The notes beneath the pieces are model-generated. The model was given only the letters and a program-made list of their open reading frames with translations. It ran no database searches and was not told the origin of the DNA. Position numbers and translations under genes: made by a program. A stretch of 64,000 nt of DNA from Candidatus Moraniibacteriota bacterium (GTDB taxonomy: Bacteria > Patescibacteriota > Minisyncoccia > Moranbacterales > UBA1568): NCBI GenBank assembly GCA_030648835.1, contig JAUSGT010000002.1:89665-153664 (forward strand). Reading direction: 5' to 3'. Positions within the stretch are counted from its first letter, which is position 1. Every line of letters starts with the position of its first letter. Below are positions 49,315 through 60,384 of this stretch, piece by piece.

Positions 49315-51102
49315 ATGGAGATTCGAAATATTGCCATCATCGCGCACGTGGACCACGGGAAGACTACTCTGACTGATGCTTTGATGCGTCAAACGGGAAT
49401 GGTAACTGACGCGAGCGTGACAATGGATTCCAACGCGCTTGAGCAGGAGCGGGGGATCACGATCTACGCCAAGAATGCCGCGCTTTTTTGGAAAAACACG
49501 AAAATCAACATCGTCGATACACCGGGACACGCTGATTTCGGTTCTGAAGTGGAACGAGTACTGCGTTCGATCGACAGTGTTGTCTTGGTGGTGGATGCGC
49601 AAGAGGGACCGATGCCTCAGACACGCTTCGTCTTGAAGAAGTCACTGGAATTGGGCCTCAAGCCGATTGTTGTCTTGAACAAGATCGATAAGCCGGCCGC
49701 TCGTCCGGAAATAGCGAGTGAGATGGTGTATGAGTTGTTTCTTGATCTGGGAGCCAGTGATGAACAGCTTGATTTCAAAGTAGTGTATGCCATCGCCCGG
49801 CAAGGAATAGCCAAGCTTTCACTTTTGGAAGAGGGGAAAGATCTTTCTCCACTGCTTGATACGATTCTCGAAAGAGTACCGGCCGCCAAAACCGATACCG
49901 AAAGTCCGCTCCGCGTTCAACCGTTCAATTTGGGCTATGATAATTTTGTTGGGCGTCTGGCCATCGCTCGTGTGTACGAGGGGAAACTTCGGGTGAATGA
50001 TTCCATAATCATGAGGAACAAGGAGGGGAAGAATGAGGCGGGGCGTATCGTGAAACTTTTCACTTTTCGCGGTCTGGAGCGAGTGGAGGCAACCTTCGTT
50101 GAGGCCGGTGATATCGTGATGATTGCCGGGTTGGCAAATGTCGAGATTGGTGACACAATTTGCGTTTCTTCCGAGCAGGAGCTTTTGCCGGCGATTGCGA
50201 TTGACGAACCGACGATTTCTCTTAACTTTGTCGTGAACGATTCTCCTTTTGCCGGACGGGAGGGAAAGTATGTCACCAACAAACAATTGCGTGAGCGGCT
50301 CAAGAAAGAATTGGAAATCAATGTCGGTCTGCGCATCGATTTTTCCGACGATCATTACAAGGTGTACGGACGCGGCGAATTGCATGTGGCGATTCTTTTG
50401 GAAAATATGCGACGGGAGGGCTATGAAGTGCAGGTATCGCAGCCCCAGGTCATTATCAAGGAAGTAGACGGTGTGAAGTCGGAGCCGTTTGAAGAGGTGA
50501 CGGTGGAGTGCCCCGCGGAAGTATCCGGCACGGTAATCGAGAAAATGGGCAAGCGCAAGGGGATCATGATGGAAATGAAAGAGGGGAGCGGCGGATACAC
50601 ACGACTTATTTTCGAGGTGCCGACCCGCGGACTTTTGGGGTATCGCGGGGAGTTCATGGTGGATACGCGCGGCGAGGGGACTCTCTACACCCGTGTTTTG
50701 GGATTCCGGCCGTTTGTGGGCGAGATCAGAAAGCGCGATGCGGGGTCGATGGTATCTATGGCGACGGGAAAGGCGCTGGCCTTCTCTCTCAACAATCTTC
50801 AGGCGCGCGGTACACTCTATATTGGCCCCGGGACGGAAGTCTACGAAGGTATGGTAGTCGGCAATGTGACCAAAGGCACCGATATGGCCGTCAACCCGAT
50901 CAAAGGCAAGGCAATGAGCAATATGCGTTCTTCCGGCGCTGATGAAGCCATCAAACTGACGCCGCCGATCGAAATATCGATTGAGCGAGGGTTGGAAATT
51001 ATGCTTGAGGATGAGTATTTGGAAATCACGCCGCACAATGTCCGTCTGCGTAAACAATTTTTGACGGAAACGGAGAGAACGCGGGCCGGCAGAAAAAAAT
51101 AA
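49315..51102 (+). CDS. typA: Translational GTPase TypA/BipA
   Basis: [32 protein letters not shown]. Confidence 0.97.
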   Translation: MEIRNIAIIAHVDHGKTTLTDALMRQTGMVTDASVTMDSNALEQERGITIYAKNAALFWKNTKINIVDTPGHADFGSEVERVLRSIDSVVLVVDAQEGPMPQTRFVLKKSLELGLKPIVVLNKIDKPAARPEIASEMVYELFLDLGASDEQLDFKVVYAIARQGIAKLSLLEEGKDLSPLLDTILERVPAAKTDTESPLRVQPFNLGYDNFVGRLAIARVYEGKLRVNDSIIMRNKEGKNEAGRIVKLFTFRGLERVEATFVEAGDIVMIAGLANVEIGDTICVSSEQELLPAIAIDEPTISLNFVVNDSPFAGREGKYVTNKQLRERLKKELEINVGLRIDFSDDHYKVYGRGELHVAILLENMRREGYEVQVSQPQVIIKEVDGVKSEPFEEVTVECPAEVSGTVIEKMGKRKGIMMEMKEGSGGYTRLIFEVPTRGLLGYRGEFMVDTRGEGTLYTRVLGFRPFVGEIRKRDAGSMVSMATGKALAFSLNNLQARGTLYIGPGTEVYEGMVVGNVTKGTDMAVNPIKGKAMSNMRSSGADEAIKLTPPIEISIERGLEIMLEDEYLEITPHNVRLRKQFLTETERTRAGRKK

Positions 51103-51209
51103 TTTTAAAAAAAGACCTCTCTTGGGGGTCTTTTTTCTTAGAGTGTTTTTGTGCTATGATAGGGGCGAATCAAAGGGAGTGCTTTTGAGAAAACAAAACA
51201 ACTATTTTT

Positions 51210-51683
51210 ATGACTTTTCGTTTTGCGCGCTTTTTTCTTTTGGGATTTTTCTTTTTTTCTCTTGCCGTGACAGCTATACCGTCACCTACTTTGGCTGCCG
51301 GTCTCATTCCTTGTGGGCGTTCCACCGACGATCCATCCACCACTACGATCAATGAGACAGATAAATGTACCATTTGCCATATTATCGTCGGTGGTCAAGG
51401 GATAATGGACTGGGGGTTGAAAGTTATGACTTTTGTGGCTATCGCGGTAATCGTCGCGATGGCTGTCCTCTATATTGTTTCTGCCGGCAACGATGGGATG
51501 ATGACGACGGCCAAGGGCGGTATCAAAGCGGCCTTTATCGGTTTTGCAGTGATGCTCGGGGCCTGGCTGATTATAAGTACAACGATCCGGATTTTTTCAG
51601 CGACTATCCCCGGTCTTGATATCACGAGCAATGGTTTCAGTTTTTCTTGTAATACGACATCGAGTGCCGGTTCGGTGAAGTAA
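51210..51683 (+). CDS. TrbC/VirB2-like pilin
   Basis: GLIPCG..C..C, YIVSAGN..AK..A..G. Confidence 0.75.
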   Translation: MTFRFARFFLLGFFFFSLAVTAIPSPTLAAGLIPCGRSTDDPSTTTINETDKCTICHIIVGGQGIMDWGLKVMTFVAIAVIVAMAVLYIVSAGNDGMMTTAKGGIKAAFIGFAVMLGAWLIISTTIRIFSATIPGLDITSNGFSFSCNTTSSAGSVK

Positions 51684-51689
51684 CAGTCT

Positions 51690-51950
51690 ATGCAAAACTT
51701 TTTTCATATTGATGTGGCGTACGCCGGAGTAATTACGGATGCTCCGCCAGTTACCTCCATACTGTTCAATACACTCACTTTCTTGTTGTCAATCGTCGGC
51801 GTTCTTGGTATAATCGGATTAGTGGTTTCCGGGATACTTTACTTATCCGCGGCAGGAGATGAAGAACGGATGCGGCTGGCCAAGCGGGCGGCTTTCGCGT
51901 CAGTAGGTGGTATCCTGACAGCGCTCATAGCACGGATACGGTGGTTTTGA
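51690..51950 (+). CDS. TrbC/VirB2-like pilin, C-terminally shortened
   Basis: SGILYLSAAGDEE..AK; last TM ends abruptly in RIRWF. Confidence 0.6.
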   Translation: MQNFFHIDVAYAGVITDAPPVTSILFNTLTFLLSIVGVLGIIGLVVSGILYLSAAGDEERMRLAKRAAFASVGGILTALIARIRWF

Positions 51951-52015
51951 ACCAGGAGGGGTACTTTTTTCAAATGAAAAAAATAAAAAATAAAAACAGA
52001 AAGGAGGTGAGAAGT

Positions 52016-52408
52016 ATGAATAAAATTAAACAAGCCTTGTACGCAGCGACCGCGACAGCTCTCACAGCCACGCCATTTTTGGCGGGAGCTCAAAGCACTG
52101 GCGGCCCAGTTAGCACCGGGTTTGATCAGACTGCGACTGGTGCTCAGGGGCTTACTGGTACGCCAATTTTCGATCTCATCAGCACATTCATGAACTGGCT
52201 TTTGGGACTCGTCGGCGTGCTGGCGGTCATTGCCTTTGTGATTTCCGGTATCCTCTATCTCACCGCCGCCGGTAACGAGGAGCAAATTGAGAAAGCAAAG
52301 TCTACCATGATGTATGCTATCATCGGTCTCGTTGTGGCTCTCGTTGGTCTGGTGATCGTCAACGCCGTTTCCGGTTTGACAAATGCTGGTGTCAATACTG
52401 GTTTCTAG
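52016..52408 (+). CDS. TrbC/VirB2-like pilin
   Basis: SD AAAGGAGGTGA; SGILYLTAAGNEEQIEKAK..YAIIG. Confidence 0.85.
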   Translation: MNKIKQALYAATATALTATPFLAGAQSTGGPVSTGFDQTATGAQGLTGTPIFDLISTFMNWLLGLVGVLAVIAFVISGILYLTAAGNEEQIEKAKSTMMYAIIGLVVALVGLVIVNAVSGLTNAGVNTGF

Positions 52409-52612
52409 TTTCTTTTCTACAACGAGGTTGATGCGACCTTGTGAAAGCCATCCTGCTTCGGTAGGATGGTTTTTGTTAGCACCAGTCATCTATCGGTCAG
52501 CCCAGACGTTGAAGCCGGCTTGGATTTGATAAGTAAGATAGCATCCTCGTATAGAGGTGGCGGAGTGAATTGTTTTTTTGTCTAAAAAAGAGTAGAATAG
52601 AAGAAAGCATAT

Positions 52613-52696
52613 TGTCATTCTGAGCAAAGCGAAGAATCCCGTTATAAAAAGCACCATTCCTTCCTTTTGAGATCCTTCACTGCGTTCAGGATGACA
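52613..52696. repeat. REP-like imperfect inverted repeat
   Basis: TGTCATTCTGAGC..GAAGAATC / GATCCTTC..GTTCAGGATGACA. Confidence 0.75.
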
Positions 52697-52739
52697 GTAA
52701 AAAACCAAATAAAAATATAAATATAACGCAACGAGAAGT

Positions 52740-53159
52740 ATGAAAAATATTAAACAAGCTCTCTACGCAGTGACTGCGACAGTTCTCGTTGCCGCACCGT
52801 TTATGGTAGGCGCCCAAACTGGCATCCCTGCCGCTGGCACAATTGCTACTCCGGATAGTACCGGGTTCAACGTTTCGAAAGCCACTACCTCCACTACCGG
52901 TCTTGCGAATAAGTCAGTCTATTCGATCATCGGCACATTCATGAATTGGCTTTTGGGACTCGTCGGCGTGCTGGCGGTCATTGCCTTTGTGATTTCCGGT
53001 ATCCTCTATCTCACCGCCGCCGGTAACGAGGAGCAAGTTGAGAAAGCCAAAGGTATTATGACGTACGCTATTATTGGTCTCGTCGTGGCACTTCTGGGTC
53101 TGGTGATCGTCAACGCCGTTGCCGGGCTGACTAGCGCGGGTGGGGCTACCAGCTTCTAA
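52740..53159 (+). CDS. TrbC/VirB2-like pilin
   Basis: Same core as 52016-52408. Confidence 0.85.
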   Translation: MKNIKQALYAVTATVLVAAPFMVGAQTGIPAAGTIATPDSTGFNVSKATTSTTGLANKSVYSIIGTFMNWLLGLVGVLAVIAFVISGILYLTAAGNEEQVEKAKGIMTYAIIGLVVALLGLVIVNAVAGLTSAGGATSF

Positions 53160-53209
53160 CTTATAATAAATAATTTCAAGAGAAAAATTGGAGTGATTTC
53201 GTAAAAACC

Positions 53210-53620
53210 ATGAGTAAAAGAAATATATTTTTTGCAATTTTTCTTTTTTTCGGGATAGGTATTCTTTCTGTCCCTGTGGCGGATCTTTTCGCCATTACCA
53301 CTTGTCCAGCCAACTTTACTCCGCAATTCGGAGTCTGTTTTCCGGATGCAGACAAGATAGGCCTGGGGAGCCTCACTGTTTTGGATCTTTTACAGAGATT
53401 TATGAATTGGCTTTTGGGGATTGTCGGCGTGTTGGCGGTCATCGCTTTTATCATTTCGGGGGTGCAATATCTTGTTTCGTCCGGTGACGAAGAAGTGACG
53501 GAAACCGCCAAGCGCAATATGAAATACGCCATCATCGGGTTGGTGATAGCGCTTTCCGGACTGATCGTGGTCAATGCTGTTGCCGGGCTGACGGGCGCGA
53601 CCGGAGCCACGGCGTACTAA
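53210..53620 (+). CDS. TrbC/VirB2-like pilin
   Basis: MNWLLGIVGVLAVIAFIISG..AK..YAIIG. Confidence 0.85.
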   Translation: MSKRNIFFAIFLFFGIGILSVPVADLFAITTCPANFTPQFGVCFPDADKIGLGSLTVLDLLQRFMNWLLGIVGVLAVIAFIISGVQYLVSSGDEEVTETAKRNMKYAIIGLVIALSGLIVVNAVAGLTGATGATAY

Positions 53621-53639
53621 ATTTCCCAAAAATAATTTT

Positions 53640-54734
53640 TTGTCTATGCTGTTTTTTCGAAGAATAACTTCTCATTTCTTCACTACTCTGGTGTTTGTTT
53701 CTTTTTCGTTTGTATTGTCTGCGTTTGTTTTTCAACAAACGGCCCTTGCCGTAACGAAAGCTCAATGTGAATTAATAGCTCCTGGCAGCGTTTGTAAACC
53801 AAGCCCCCCTGGTTGCGCCAGCGTGGGGGCAAGCCCTACCGAGGGTGATAGAGGTATATGTAGTGATGTAGGGGGTGTTGTAGGGAGTTTCGCTTGTTGT
53901 GAAAATTTAAAACCACCGGCAGATACGAATATACTGGATGCTACATGTAGAAATTTTAGTGGGGCGGATTGTTTTTCTTCCTCATGTGATTCGACGACAA
54001 AGAATTTTTTGGCACGCTGTGTTACCCCGGGCGCAGGGTATAGCAGCAATAGCTACTGTTGTCAAGATAAAGCGGCGGCAACTCCTCCCGCTGGTGGTGT
54101 TCCGGCATCATCCCCAACTCCTGGCGGTGTTCCCGCCCCTACTGGTTCACAATCTATTTCTTTTACCAATCCGCTTCTTTTCAATACCGTAGAAGGACTG
54201 CTGGGCAGTCTTCTTGGTACGCTGCAGGGGATTATCGTCGTTTTGGCGCTGGTTTTTATTGTCATTGGTGCGGTGCTATATGTGACGTCAGCTGGCAACG
54301 AAGGACAGATGACATTGGCAAAGGGGGCTATCACGGCTGCGATGATCGGTCTCGCCCTCGGTATCGCGGCCCCATCGTTTTTGAAAGAAATCAGCGGGAT
54401 TCTCGGCTGGACCCCTGCTATTACGTGTCCCACTGCTGTGAGCGCTACTGTGACTGCTGACGATATAGCAAAGTGTACTGCTGCTCAAGCAACTCTTGCA
54501 GCGGGGAAGCCCCTTTCGGAAATCGCACTGAATGTTCTCAATTTTCTGCTTTCTATTGTGGGCGTACTGACAGTCATTATGATGGTAGTGGGCGGAGTCA
54601 TATACCTCACGGCCGCCGGGAATGAAGATCAAATTGACACCGGGAAAAAAATCGTGAATTACGCAACCATTGGCATTCTTGTTTCCTTGGCTTCTCTCAT
54701 CTTGGTGCGGCAGATTGCCAGTTTCTTTGGGTAA
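53640..54734 (+). CDS. Cys-rich tandem double-pilin protein
   Basis: Cys-rich N domain, Pro-rich linker, two Y.T.AGNE pilin cores. Confidence 0.8.
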   Translation: MSMLFFRRITSHFFTTLVFVSFSFVLSAFVFQQTALAVTKAQCELIAPGSVCKPSPPGCASVGASPTEGDRGICSDVGGVVGSFACCENLKPPADTNILDATCRNFSGADCFSSSCDSTTKNFLARCVTPGAGYSSNSYCCQDKAAATPPAGGVPASSPTPGGVPAPTGSQSISFTNPLLFNTVEGLLGSLLGTLQGIIVVLALVFIVIGAVLYVTSAGNEGQMTLAKGAITAAMIGLALGIAAPSFLKEISGILGWTPAITCPTAVSATVTADDIAKCTAAQATLAAGKPLSEIALNVLNFLLSIVGVLTVIMMVVGGVIYLTAAGNEDQIDTGKKIVNYATIGILVSLASLILVRQIASFFG

Positions 54735-54807
54735 AATTTTTGATAAAAAGAAAACGGGCAGCGTATATGTTACGCGCTGCCCGCTTCTGCCAAGAAAGGA
54801 CCTTGTC

Positions 54808-55377
54808 CTACTTGACGAGTTTCTCGATGTTCACTTGGAGTTCCGCCTGGGTGAGTTTGTAGTAGGCTTCTTTAGGCGGTAGGTTGATGCCGATCGACAG
54901 GGCATCTCCGGATTCCAGGATAACTTTTTCCTGTTGGAAGGGGTCTATGATTACATTCCCCTTTTTCACGAGCAGGGCTCCGACCATCAAATTGTGGCCA
55001 GCCGGTGCAGTCCTTCGGAATTCATCGTTGAAGGGTGAGTTTGCCCAGTTATCGATGAGACTGACTCCTTTGGGCGGAATCGGAAGCGATTGGCCGTTGT
55101 CCAAACCCATTTGCCACACGGTGTACAGCGGAGTGATGCGATATGTCCCGGGAGGAACATCGATTTTACACCACCCTTGCTGAGCGTTCCACCGAATAGG
55201 GCACGTTACGTTTTTGTAGATCTGCCATTCGTTGCCCCAACTCCCCCCACCACTACCGAAGAGGTTGTAGATTATGGTAATGCCGATGATCCCGGCAGCC
55301 AGTAAACCGAGTCTTTTCAACCACTTATTGGTTCCGGCCTGAAGACTGGGAGCTTGTTGCGGTTGTGCTGTAGTCAT
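54808..55377 (-). CDS. Membrane-anchored hypothetical protein
   Basis: Single TM; AGGAG RBS; follows SPFH gene. Confidence 0.7.
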   Translation of the reverse strand: MTTAQPQQAPSLQAGTNKWLKRLGLLAAGIIGITIIYNLFGSGGGSWGNEWQIYKNVTCPIRWNAQQGWCKIDVPPGTYRITPLYTVWQMGLDNGQSLPIPPKGVSLIDNWANSPFNDEFRRTAPAGHNLMVGALLVKKGNVIIDPFQQEKVILESGDALSIGINLPPKEAYYKLTQAELQVNIEKLVK

Positions 55378-55389
55378 GAAGCACTCCTT

Positions 55390-56529
55390 TCACTTGTTTC
55401 TTCTGCGCTGGCTTTTGGCTTCAGGGTCAGCAGCAGAGGGTTGAGATGGTTTTTGTGCACCAGCTTGGTTGAGGATCCCGCCAACAAATGCACCGGCATT
55501 TTCTATTGGTGATGCCGTGCTGTCAAAGATAATACGTGTTGCTTTCCCACGCTCAGTTTGCACAAGGTTGGCGGCCGCTTGTGGAAGCAATCCAGCCTCT
55601 ACATAGAGTTTGATTTGACTGGCAACAGCTCTTGCCTCAGTCATTTCGGCAATGGCTTGCTGGGTCTCCTTCGCCTGATTGGCTACTTGGACTTGCACTT
55701 CTGACCTCGCATCCTCGATTTTTTTTGGTAGGCGGATGTGCGTTATCCGTACTTGGGAAACCTTGATTCCCCAAAGCTGTTCGGACTCGGCCAATCCCTT
55801 GAGAATAAGTCCTTCGAGAGGACTTGGGTCAGTACCAGGAACTGGAGCGGGCCCCCTGCCACTTGTTAGGACGTCTACGATAACTTGTTTTTCTTGTGCG
55901 ACAGCGCTTGATTGCAACTTCATCACAATAGAACGGAGATCGCTCTCGGCTGCATTTTTTAACGACTCCTCTGGTTTATCTGCACTGAGATTCTTGTTTA
56001 TGTCCGTGATTTTTAGTTGAAGCGCCACATCGATTTCAATGGGTACATTGTCTGCCGTCAGAACTTCTGTGAGAGGGAGGTTAAGTGGTTTGTCGCGCCC
56101 GTCCTTGATTTCCAAATCGCCTATCGGTTTTGGCCAGTTCCATACCACTCCTTCGGGATATTTTCTCCCTTCAACTCTTTTCCCCAGCCAAAGTTTCATA
56201 GCTATAAAACCGACAGGAATTGTTCGTAATCCCTTTATGCCGAAGTACAGAATGCATGCCACAAGCGTAATGAGTGCCAGTAGCGTTCCGGCGATTGGGT
56301 GCAGTAGCCAAGACCCAAAAAATTTCACGAGAAGCGATGCGACTATCCCGATGCCGAGCGTAACCACAACTCCTTCTGCATAACCGCGTGAATCATTCAT
56401 GCTGATCTCCTTTGCCTTTTCGAGTGATCGTGCGCTTATGTCGCGTACGAATGGTTTCATGGCAACCCATGCTTGACGCATGAGCACTAACGACCTGTCA
56501 ATATGAGGTCGTACTTGTGACCAATCCAT
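55390..56529 (-). CDS. SPFH/band-7 domain protein
   Basis: Two TMs, LTADNVPI, WGIKV..V.I. Confidence 0.8.
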   Translation of the reverse strand: MDWSQVRPHIDRSLVLMRQAWVAMKPFVRDISARSLEKAKEISMNDSRGYAEGVVVTLGIGIVASLLVKFFGSWLLHPIAGTLLALITLVACILYFGIKGLRTIPVGFIAMKLWLGKRVEGRKYPEGVVWNWPKPIGDLEIKDGRDKPLNLPLTEVLTADNVPIEIDVALQLKITDINKNLSADKPEESLKNAAESDLRSIVMKLQSSAVAQEKQVIVDVLTSGRGPAPVPGTDPSPLEGLILKGLAESEQLWGIKVSQVRITHIRLPKKIEDARSEVQVQVANQAKETQQAIAEMTEARAVASQIKLYVEAGLLPQAAANLVQTERGKATRIIFDSTASPIENAGAFVGGILNQAGAQKPSQPSAADPEAKSQRRRNK

Positions 56530-56812
56530 AATGGACTCCTGTTTTTAAGGTGCTCAGTTACAGCACCAGAGGTTGAATTTCAAGAGAAAAACAAACTTGA
56601 TTTTGTAACCGTCTATTATAGCATAAAAAAAGACAAAAGTCAATGGTTTTGGTCCGACACCTAGGGATAAGGAATAGTGGCTTATTTATGGGGGTAAATG
56701 GTGAGTGATACATGATGCAGGATGAGTGATAAGAGATGAAGCAGGAAATGGAACTAAGAATCAGGAATCATAAATAACCATCTCCTTTGCAGAGGGGGGA
56801 AAAGAATTAAAT

Positions 56813-56841
56813 TTGACAAAGAGCTTTTTATTGAGTATCAT
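56813..56841 (+). promoter_or_regulatory. Sigma70-like promoter of nusA
   Basis: TTGACA-17 nt-TATCAT. Confidence 0.65.
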
Positions 56842-56975
56842 ACTGTATGAAAGTAGGGTTGGTATGAAAGTTCGCTTGATGCGGGCTTTTTTCTTTAAGT
56901 AAACAGAAAGCTAATGAGTAACAGAAAACAGATTTTTTAATACGTTATACATAATACGTAATACATCATATAACT

Positions 56976-58397
56976 ATGGCAAGAAAAAAACGTGTAGTAG
57001 AGGAAACAGAAGAAACAGAGGAAAAGGGCGCATCTGAGGAAGGCAGTCTCTCCGGACGCTTGGGCGAATTCGGGAGCGCAGTGATGCAGATCGCCGAAGA
57101 GAAGGGCATTTCCAAAGAGCGGGTGCTCGAAGTTGTGGAAGCCGCGCTGGCGGCCGCCTACAAGAAAGACTACGGCAAGAAAGGTCAAGTCATTCGTTCC
57201 GAGTTTGACGAAATGAAAAAAGATGCCAAATTTTTTCTGGTGAAAGAGGTAGTTGATGAAACAACTCGCGAGTTTGTCACGGAAGAAGCTGACGAGGAGA
57301 TAAACGACCAACGACCAACGACTCACAACGAAGAAAAAGAAAAAAAAGCTAAAGAAACGGATGAAATCAAAGAAGCGAATGTTGCTGATGAGGAGCGCTT
57401 GCCACGTTTCAACCCGGAGCGGGACATGCTTCTCGGAGAGGCGAAGAAACTGAAAAAGGGCATCAAGGTTGGCGAGACGATCGAACTTCCCCTCGAAACG
57501 CACGATGAGTTTGGCCGGGTGGCCGCTCAGACTGCCAAACAGGTGATTATCCAACGTATCCGCGAAGCGGAGCGTGAAGCGATGTTTGAAGAGTACAAAG
57601 AGAAGGAGGGCCAAGTGGTCAGCGGTATCGTCCAGCGCGTGGAGGGGCGGAATGTATTTGTTGATCTCGGAAAATCCGTCGGCATCCTGTTTCCTTCGGA
57701 ACAGATTGAAGGGGAAAATTATCGTGTTGGTCAGCATCTGAAAGTGTATCTTGTGCGAGTAGAGTCAGATACCAAAGGACCGGGGTTGCTTCTGTCACGT
57801 ACTCATCCCGAAATGGTGCGTCACCTTTTCTCACTGGAAGTCCCGGAAATTTTTACCGGAACTGTCGAAATCAAGGCCATTGCTCGGGAAGCCGGTTCAC
57901 GTACAAAAATTGCCGTTTTTTCGGCGGAAGAAGGTGTTGATCCGATTGGTTCTTGTGTTGGGCAGAAGGGGACCCGTGTACAGGCCATTATCGATGAGTT
58001 GGGCGGTGAGAAAATAGACATTATCGGATGGAATGAAAATGTGGAAAAATTTATCGCTGCCGCTTTGTCGCCGGCCAAAGTACTTTCGGCCAAACTTTTT
58101 GAGGCGGAAAGACGCGCCTTGGTCAAGGTTCCCAGCGATCAGTTGTCACTGGCGATCGGGAAGCGCGGACAAAATGTTCGTTTGGCTGCCAAGCTGACCG
58201 GATGGAAAATCGATGTGATGAGTGATGATCTGCCACCGGCTGAAAAACCAGCGGCGGAAACGGAAGAAGTCGCGTCTGAAGAAGTCGTGTCTCAAGAAAG
58301 CGCTCCGGAAGCCCCAGCTGGAGAAGAGAGTCAGGAATCAGGAATAGAGAATCAAGAAGAAGAAAGTAAAAAAGTTGCAGAGAAAAAAGAATCATGA
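56976..58397 (+). CDS. nusA: Transcription factor NusA
   Basis: FGRVAAQTAKQV, AREAGSRTKIAV, LAIGKRGQNVRLA. Confidence 0.97.
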   Translation: MARKKRVVEETEETEEKGASEEGSLSGRLGEFGSAVMQIAEEKGISKERVLEVVEAALAAAYKKDYGKKGQVIRSEFDEMKKDAKFFLVKEVVDETTREFVTEEADEEINDQRPTTHNEEKEKKAKETDEIKEANVADEERLPRFNPERDMLLGEAKKLKKGIKVGETIELPLETHDEFGRVAAQTAKQVIIQRIREAEREAMFEEYKEKEGQVVSGIVQRVEGRNVFVDLGKSVGILFPSEQIEGENYRVGQHLKVYLVRVESDTKGPGLLLSRTHPEMVRHLFSLEVPEIFTGTVEIKAIAREAGSRTKIAVFSAEEGVDPIGSCVGQKGTRVQAIIDELGGEKIDIIGWNENVEKFIAAALSPAKVLSAKLFEAERRALVKVPSDQLSLAIGKRGQNVRLAAKLTGWKIDVMSDDLPPAEKPAAETEEVASEEVVSQESAPEAPAGEESQESGIENQEEESKKVAEKKES

Positions 58398-58493
58398 TTC
58401 ATAATTCTTGATTCGCTATTCTTCGTTTGTTAAGAAAATCCTTTGAGAAAAATTCTAGTGTGATTTCAAAAATAATTTTTTAAAAAAACGAAT

Positions 58494-59024
58494 ATGAACT
58501 TGTGGCATGAAATTTCGGCGGGGGATGCGGTTCCGAACATCATTAATGTGATTATTGAGATTCCGAAAGGGTCGCACAATAAATACGAAATTGATAAGGA
58601 AACCGGGCTTATCAAGCTTGATCGCGCGATGAAAAGTTCGCAAGACTATCCTTTTGATTATGGTTTTGTCCCACAATCTCTCTGGGAAGATGGAGACGCT
58701 CTCGATGTGATTCTCCTCGCCACGTATCCTCTCTATCCCGGAATTCTCGTAGAGGCACGGCCGGTGGCTGTGATGCGCATGATTGATGGCGGCGAAGGAG
58801 ATGACAAAATAATCGCTGTGCCAAAAAGTGATTCGCGTTGGGAAGATGTACAGGATCTTGCTGATATCAATAAACATACTATCAAAGAGATTCAACACTT
58901 TCTTGAAACATATAAGTCCATCGAAGGAAAGAGTGTTGTGATCAGTGGCGTTGAGGGGCGTGAGCAAGCCTTGGAAGCAGTGAAGAAAGGACTTCAAATG
59001 TATCAGGACAAGTATAGCAAGTAA
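58494..59024 (+). CDS. ppa: Inorganic pyrophosphatase
   Basis: EIPKGS..KYE, YGFVPQ, DGDALD, DDKII. Confidence 0.95.
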   Translation: MNLWHEISAGDAVPNIINVIIEIPKGSHNKYEIDKETGLIKLDRAMKSSQDYPFDYGFVPQSLWEDGDALDVILLATYPLYPGILVEARPVAVMRMIDGGEGDDKIIAVPKSDSRWEDVQDLADINKHTIKEIQHFLETYKSIEGKSVVISGVEGREQALEAVKKGLQMYQDKYSK

Positions 59025-59043
59025 CTCTTTATCAGATGTACGT

Positions 59044-60333
59044 ATGGAAGTAACCGTTAAGAAATTACCTGAATCAAAAGTGGAGATGAAGATTACCCTT
59101 CCGTGGGAAGAGTGGCAGGGGGAAAGAGAGCATGCCGTAGAACATCTCGGGAAAGAAGTGAAGATAGCAGGATTCCGTCCGGGCAAAGTGCCGCGGGATG
59201 TGATAGAAAAACGTTTTGGTAAAGAAGCGCTTTTGATCGAAGCGGCTGAGCATGCTGTTTCACACGCATACCCCAAGGCTCTTGCGGAGAAAAAAATAGA
59301 AGCCATCGGTCGCCCAGAAGTGAAATTGGAAAAAGCGGTGTTCGGTGAATCACTCGAGTTCTCCGTAGTGACGGCAGTGATGCCGGAAGCGACACTCGGA
59401 TCTTGGCGGGATGCGGTAAAAAAAGTGAATAAGCTTTTTGCCAAACAATCCGACGCTTTGGATGAAAAAGAAGTTGTTGCGGAACTCGAGAGGCTCTCCG
59501 AGATGCGGGCGAAACTGGTGACGGTGAATCGAGAAGCGCGCCTTGGGGACAATGTTTTGGTTAATTTTTCCGTTTTACAGAATGGTGTGCTGATCGAAAA
59601 CGGTAAGAGTGAAAAGCACCCGCTTGTTTTGGGGAAAGGAGTATTCATCCCCGGTTTTGAAGAGCAGTTGGTGGGGATGAAGGAGGGAGAGGAAAAAACA
59701 TTCGAGTTGAATTTTCCGAAGGAATATCATGCCAAACATCTGGCGGGAAAACCGGCGACATTTCAAGTGAAGTTGGGGGTGGTGCAGGAACGGGAAATCC
59801 CAACCATCGACGATGCTTTTGCCCAAGGGTTGGGGAAATTCGAATCGTTGGAAAAACTGAAAGAAAATCTGAGACACGGGATGCTTGAAGAACAGAAAGC
59901 CAAGCGGAAAGCCGAGCATCGTACAGAGATTCTCGACGCGCTCGTAGCGCATGCCGATATCGAATATCCGGGAGTTCTCGTAGAGGAAGAGGCGAATCGG
60001 ATGGTGCGTGAATTCGAAATGCAAATCCAGTCGATGGGGCTCAGTTTTTCCGGTTATCTTACCCAGATGAAAAAGACAGAGGAAGAGTTGAAAAAAGACT
60101 GGGTACCGCAGACCAAAAAGCGTTTGGCCGCGCATATCATCCTCGACGCTCTCGCGGATGAAGAAGGTATTGAAATCGATAGCACGGATGTCGAGGCGGA
60201 AATGAATAAAACTCTGCAACACTATAAAAATACCAAAGATATCGAAAAAAACATCGATATGGAACGTCTCTACAGTGCCGCGCGCGGCCAATTGCGGAGT
60301 GAAAAAACCCTCGTTTGGTTAGAGAGTCTTTAA
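59044..60333 (+). CDS. tig: Trigger factor
   Basis: GFRPGKVP, FIPGFEEQL, FPKEYH. Confidence 0.96.
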   Translation: MEVTVKKLPESKVEMKITLPWEEWQGEREHAVEHLGKEVKIAGFRPGKVPRDVIEKRFGKEALLIEAAEHAVSHAYPKALAEKKIEAIGRPEVKLEKAVFGESLEFSVVTAVMPEATLGSWRDAVKKVNKLFAKQSDALDEKEVVAELERLSEMRAKLVTVNREARLGDNVLVNFSVLQNGVLIENGKSEKHPLVLGKGVFIPGFEEQLVGMKEGEEKTFELNFPKEYHAKHLAGKPATFQVKLGVVQEREIPTIDDAFAQGLGKFESLEKLKENLRHGMLEEQKAKRKAEHRTEILDALVAHADIEYPGVLVEEEANRMVREFEMQIQSMGLSFSGYLTQMKKTEEELKKDWVPQTKKRLAAHIILDALADEEGIEIDSTDVEAEMNKTLQHYKNTKDIEKNIDMERLYSAARGQLRSEKTLVWLESL

Positions 60334-60384
60334 AAAGTTTTCTCGTTAAGAAGCTACAAGCTAATCAGCTAAGAAGCTAAACAT

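Noticed and set aside
52490-52708. 72 aa ORF beginning MVFYCHPERSEGS
   Set aside because: Translation of the REP-like inverted repeat
52182-53047. Diversity-generating retroelement TR/VR pair
   Set aside because: No reverse transcriptase in the window; both copies are conserved coding cores with only two mismatches
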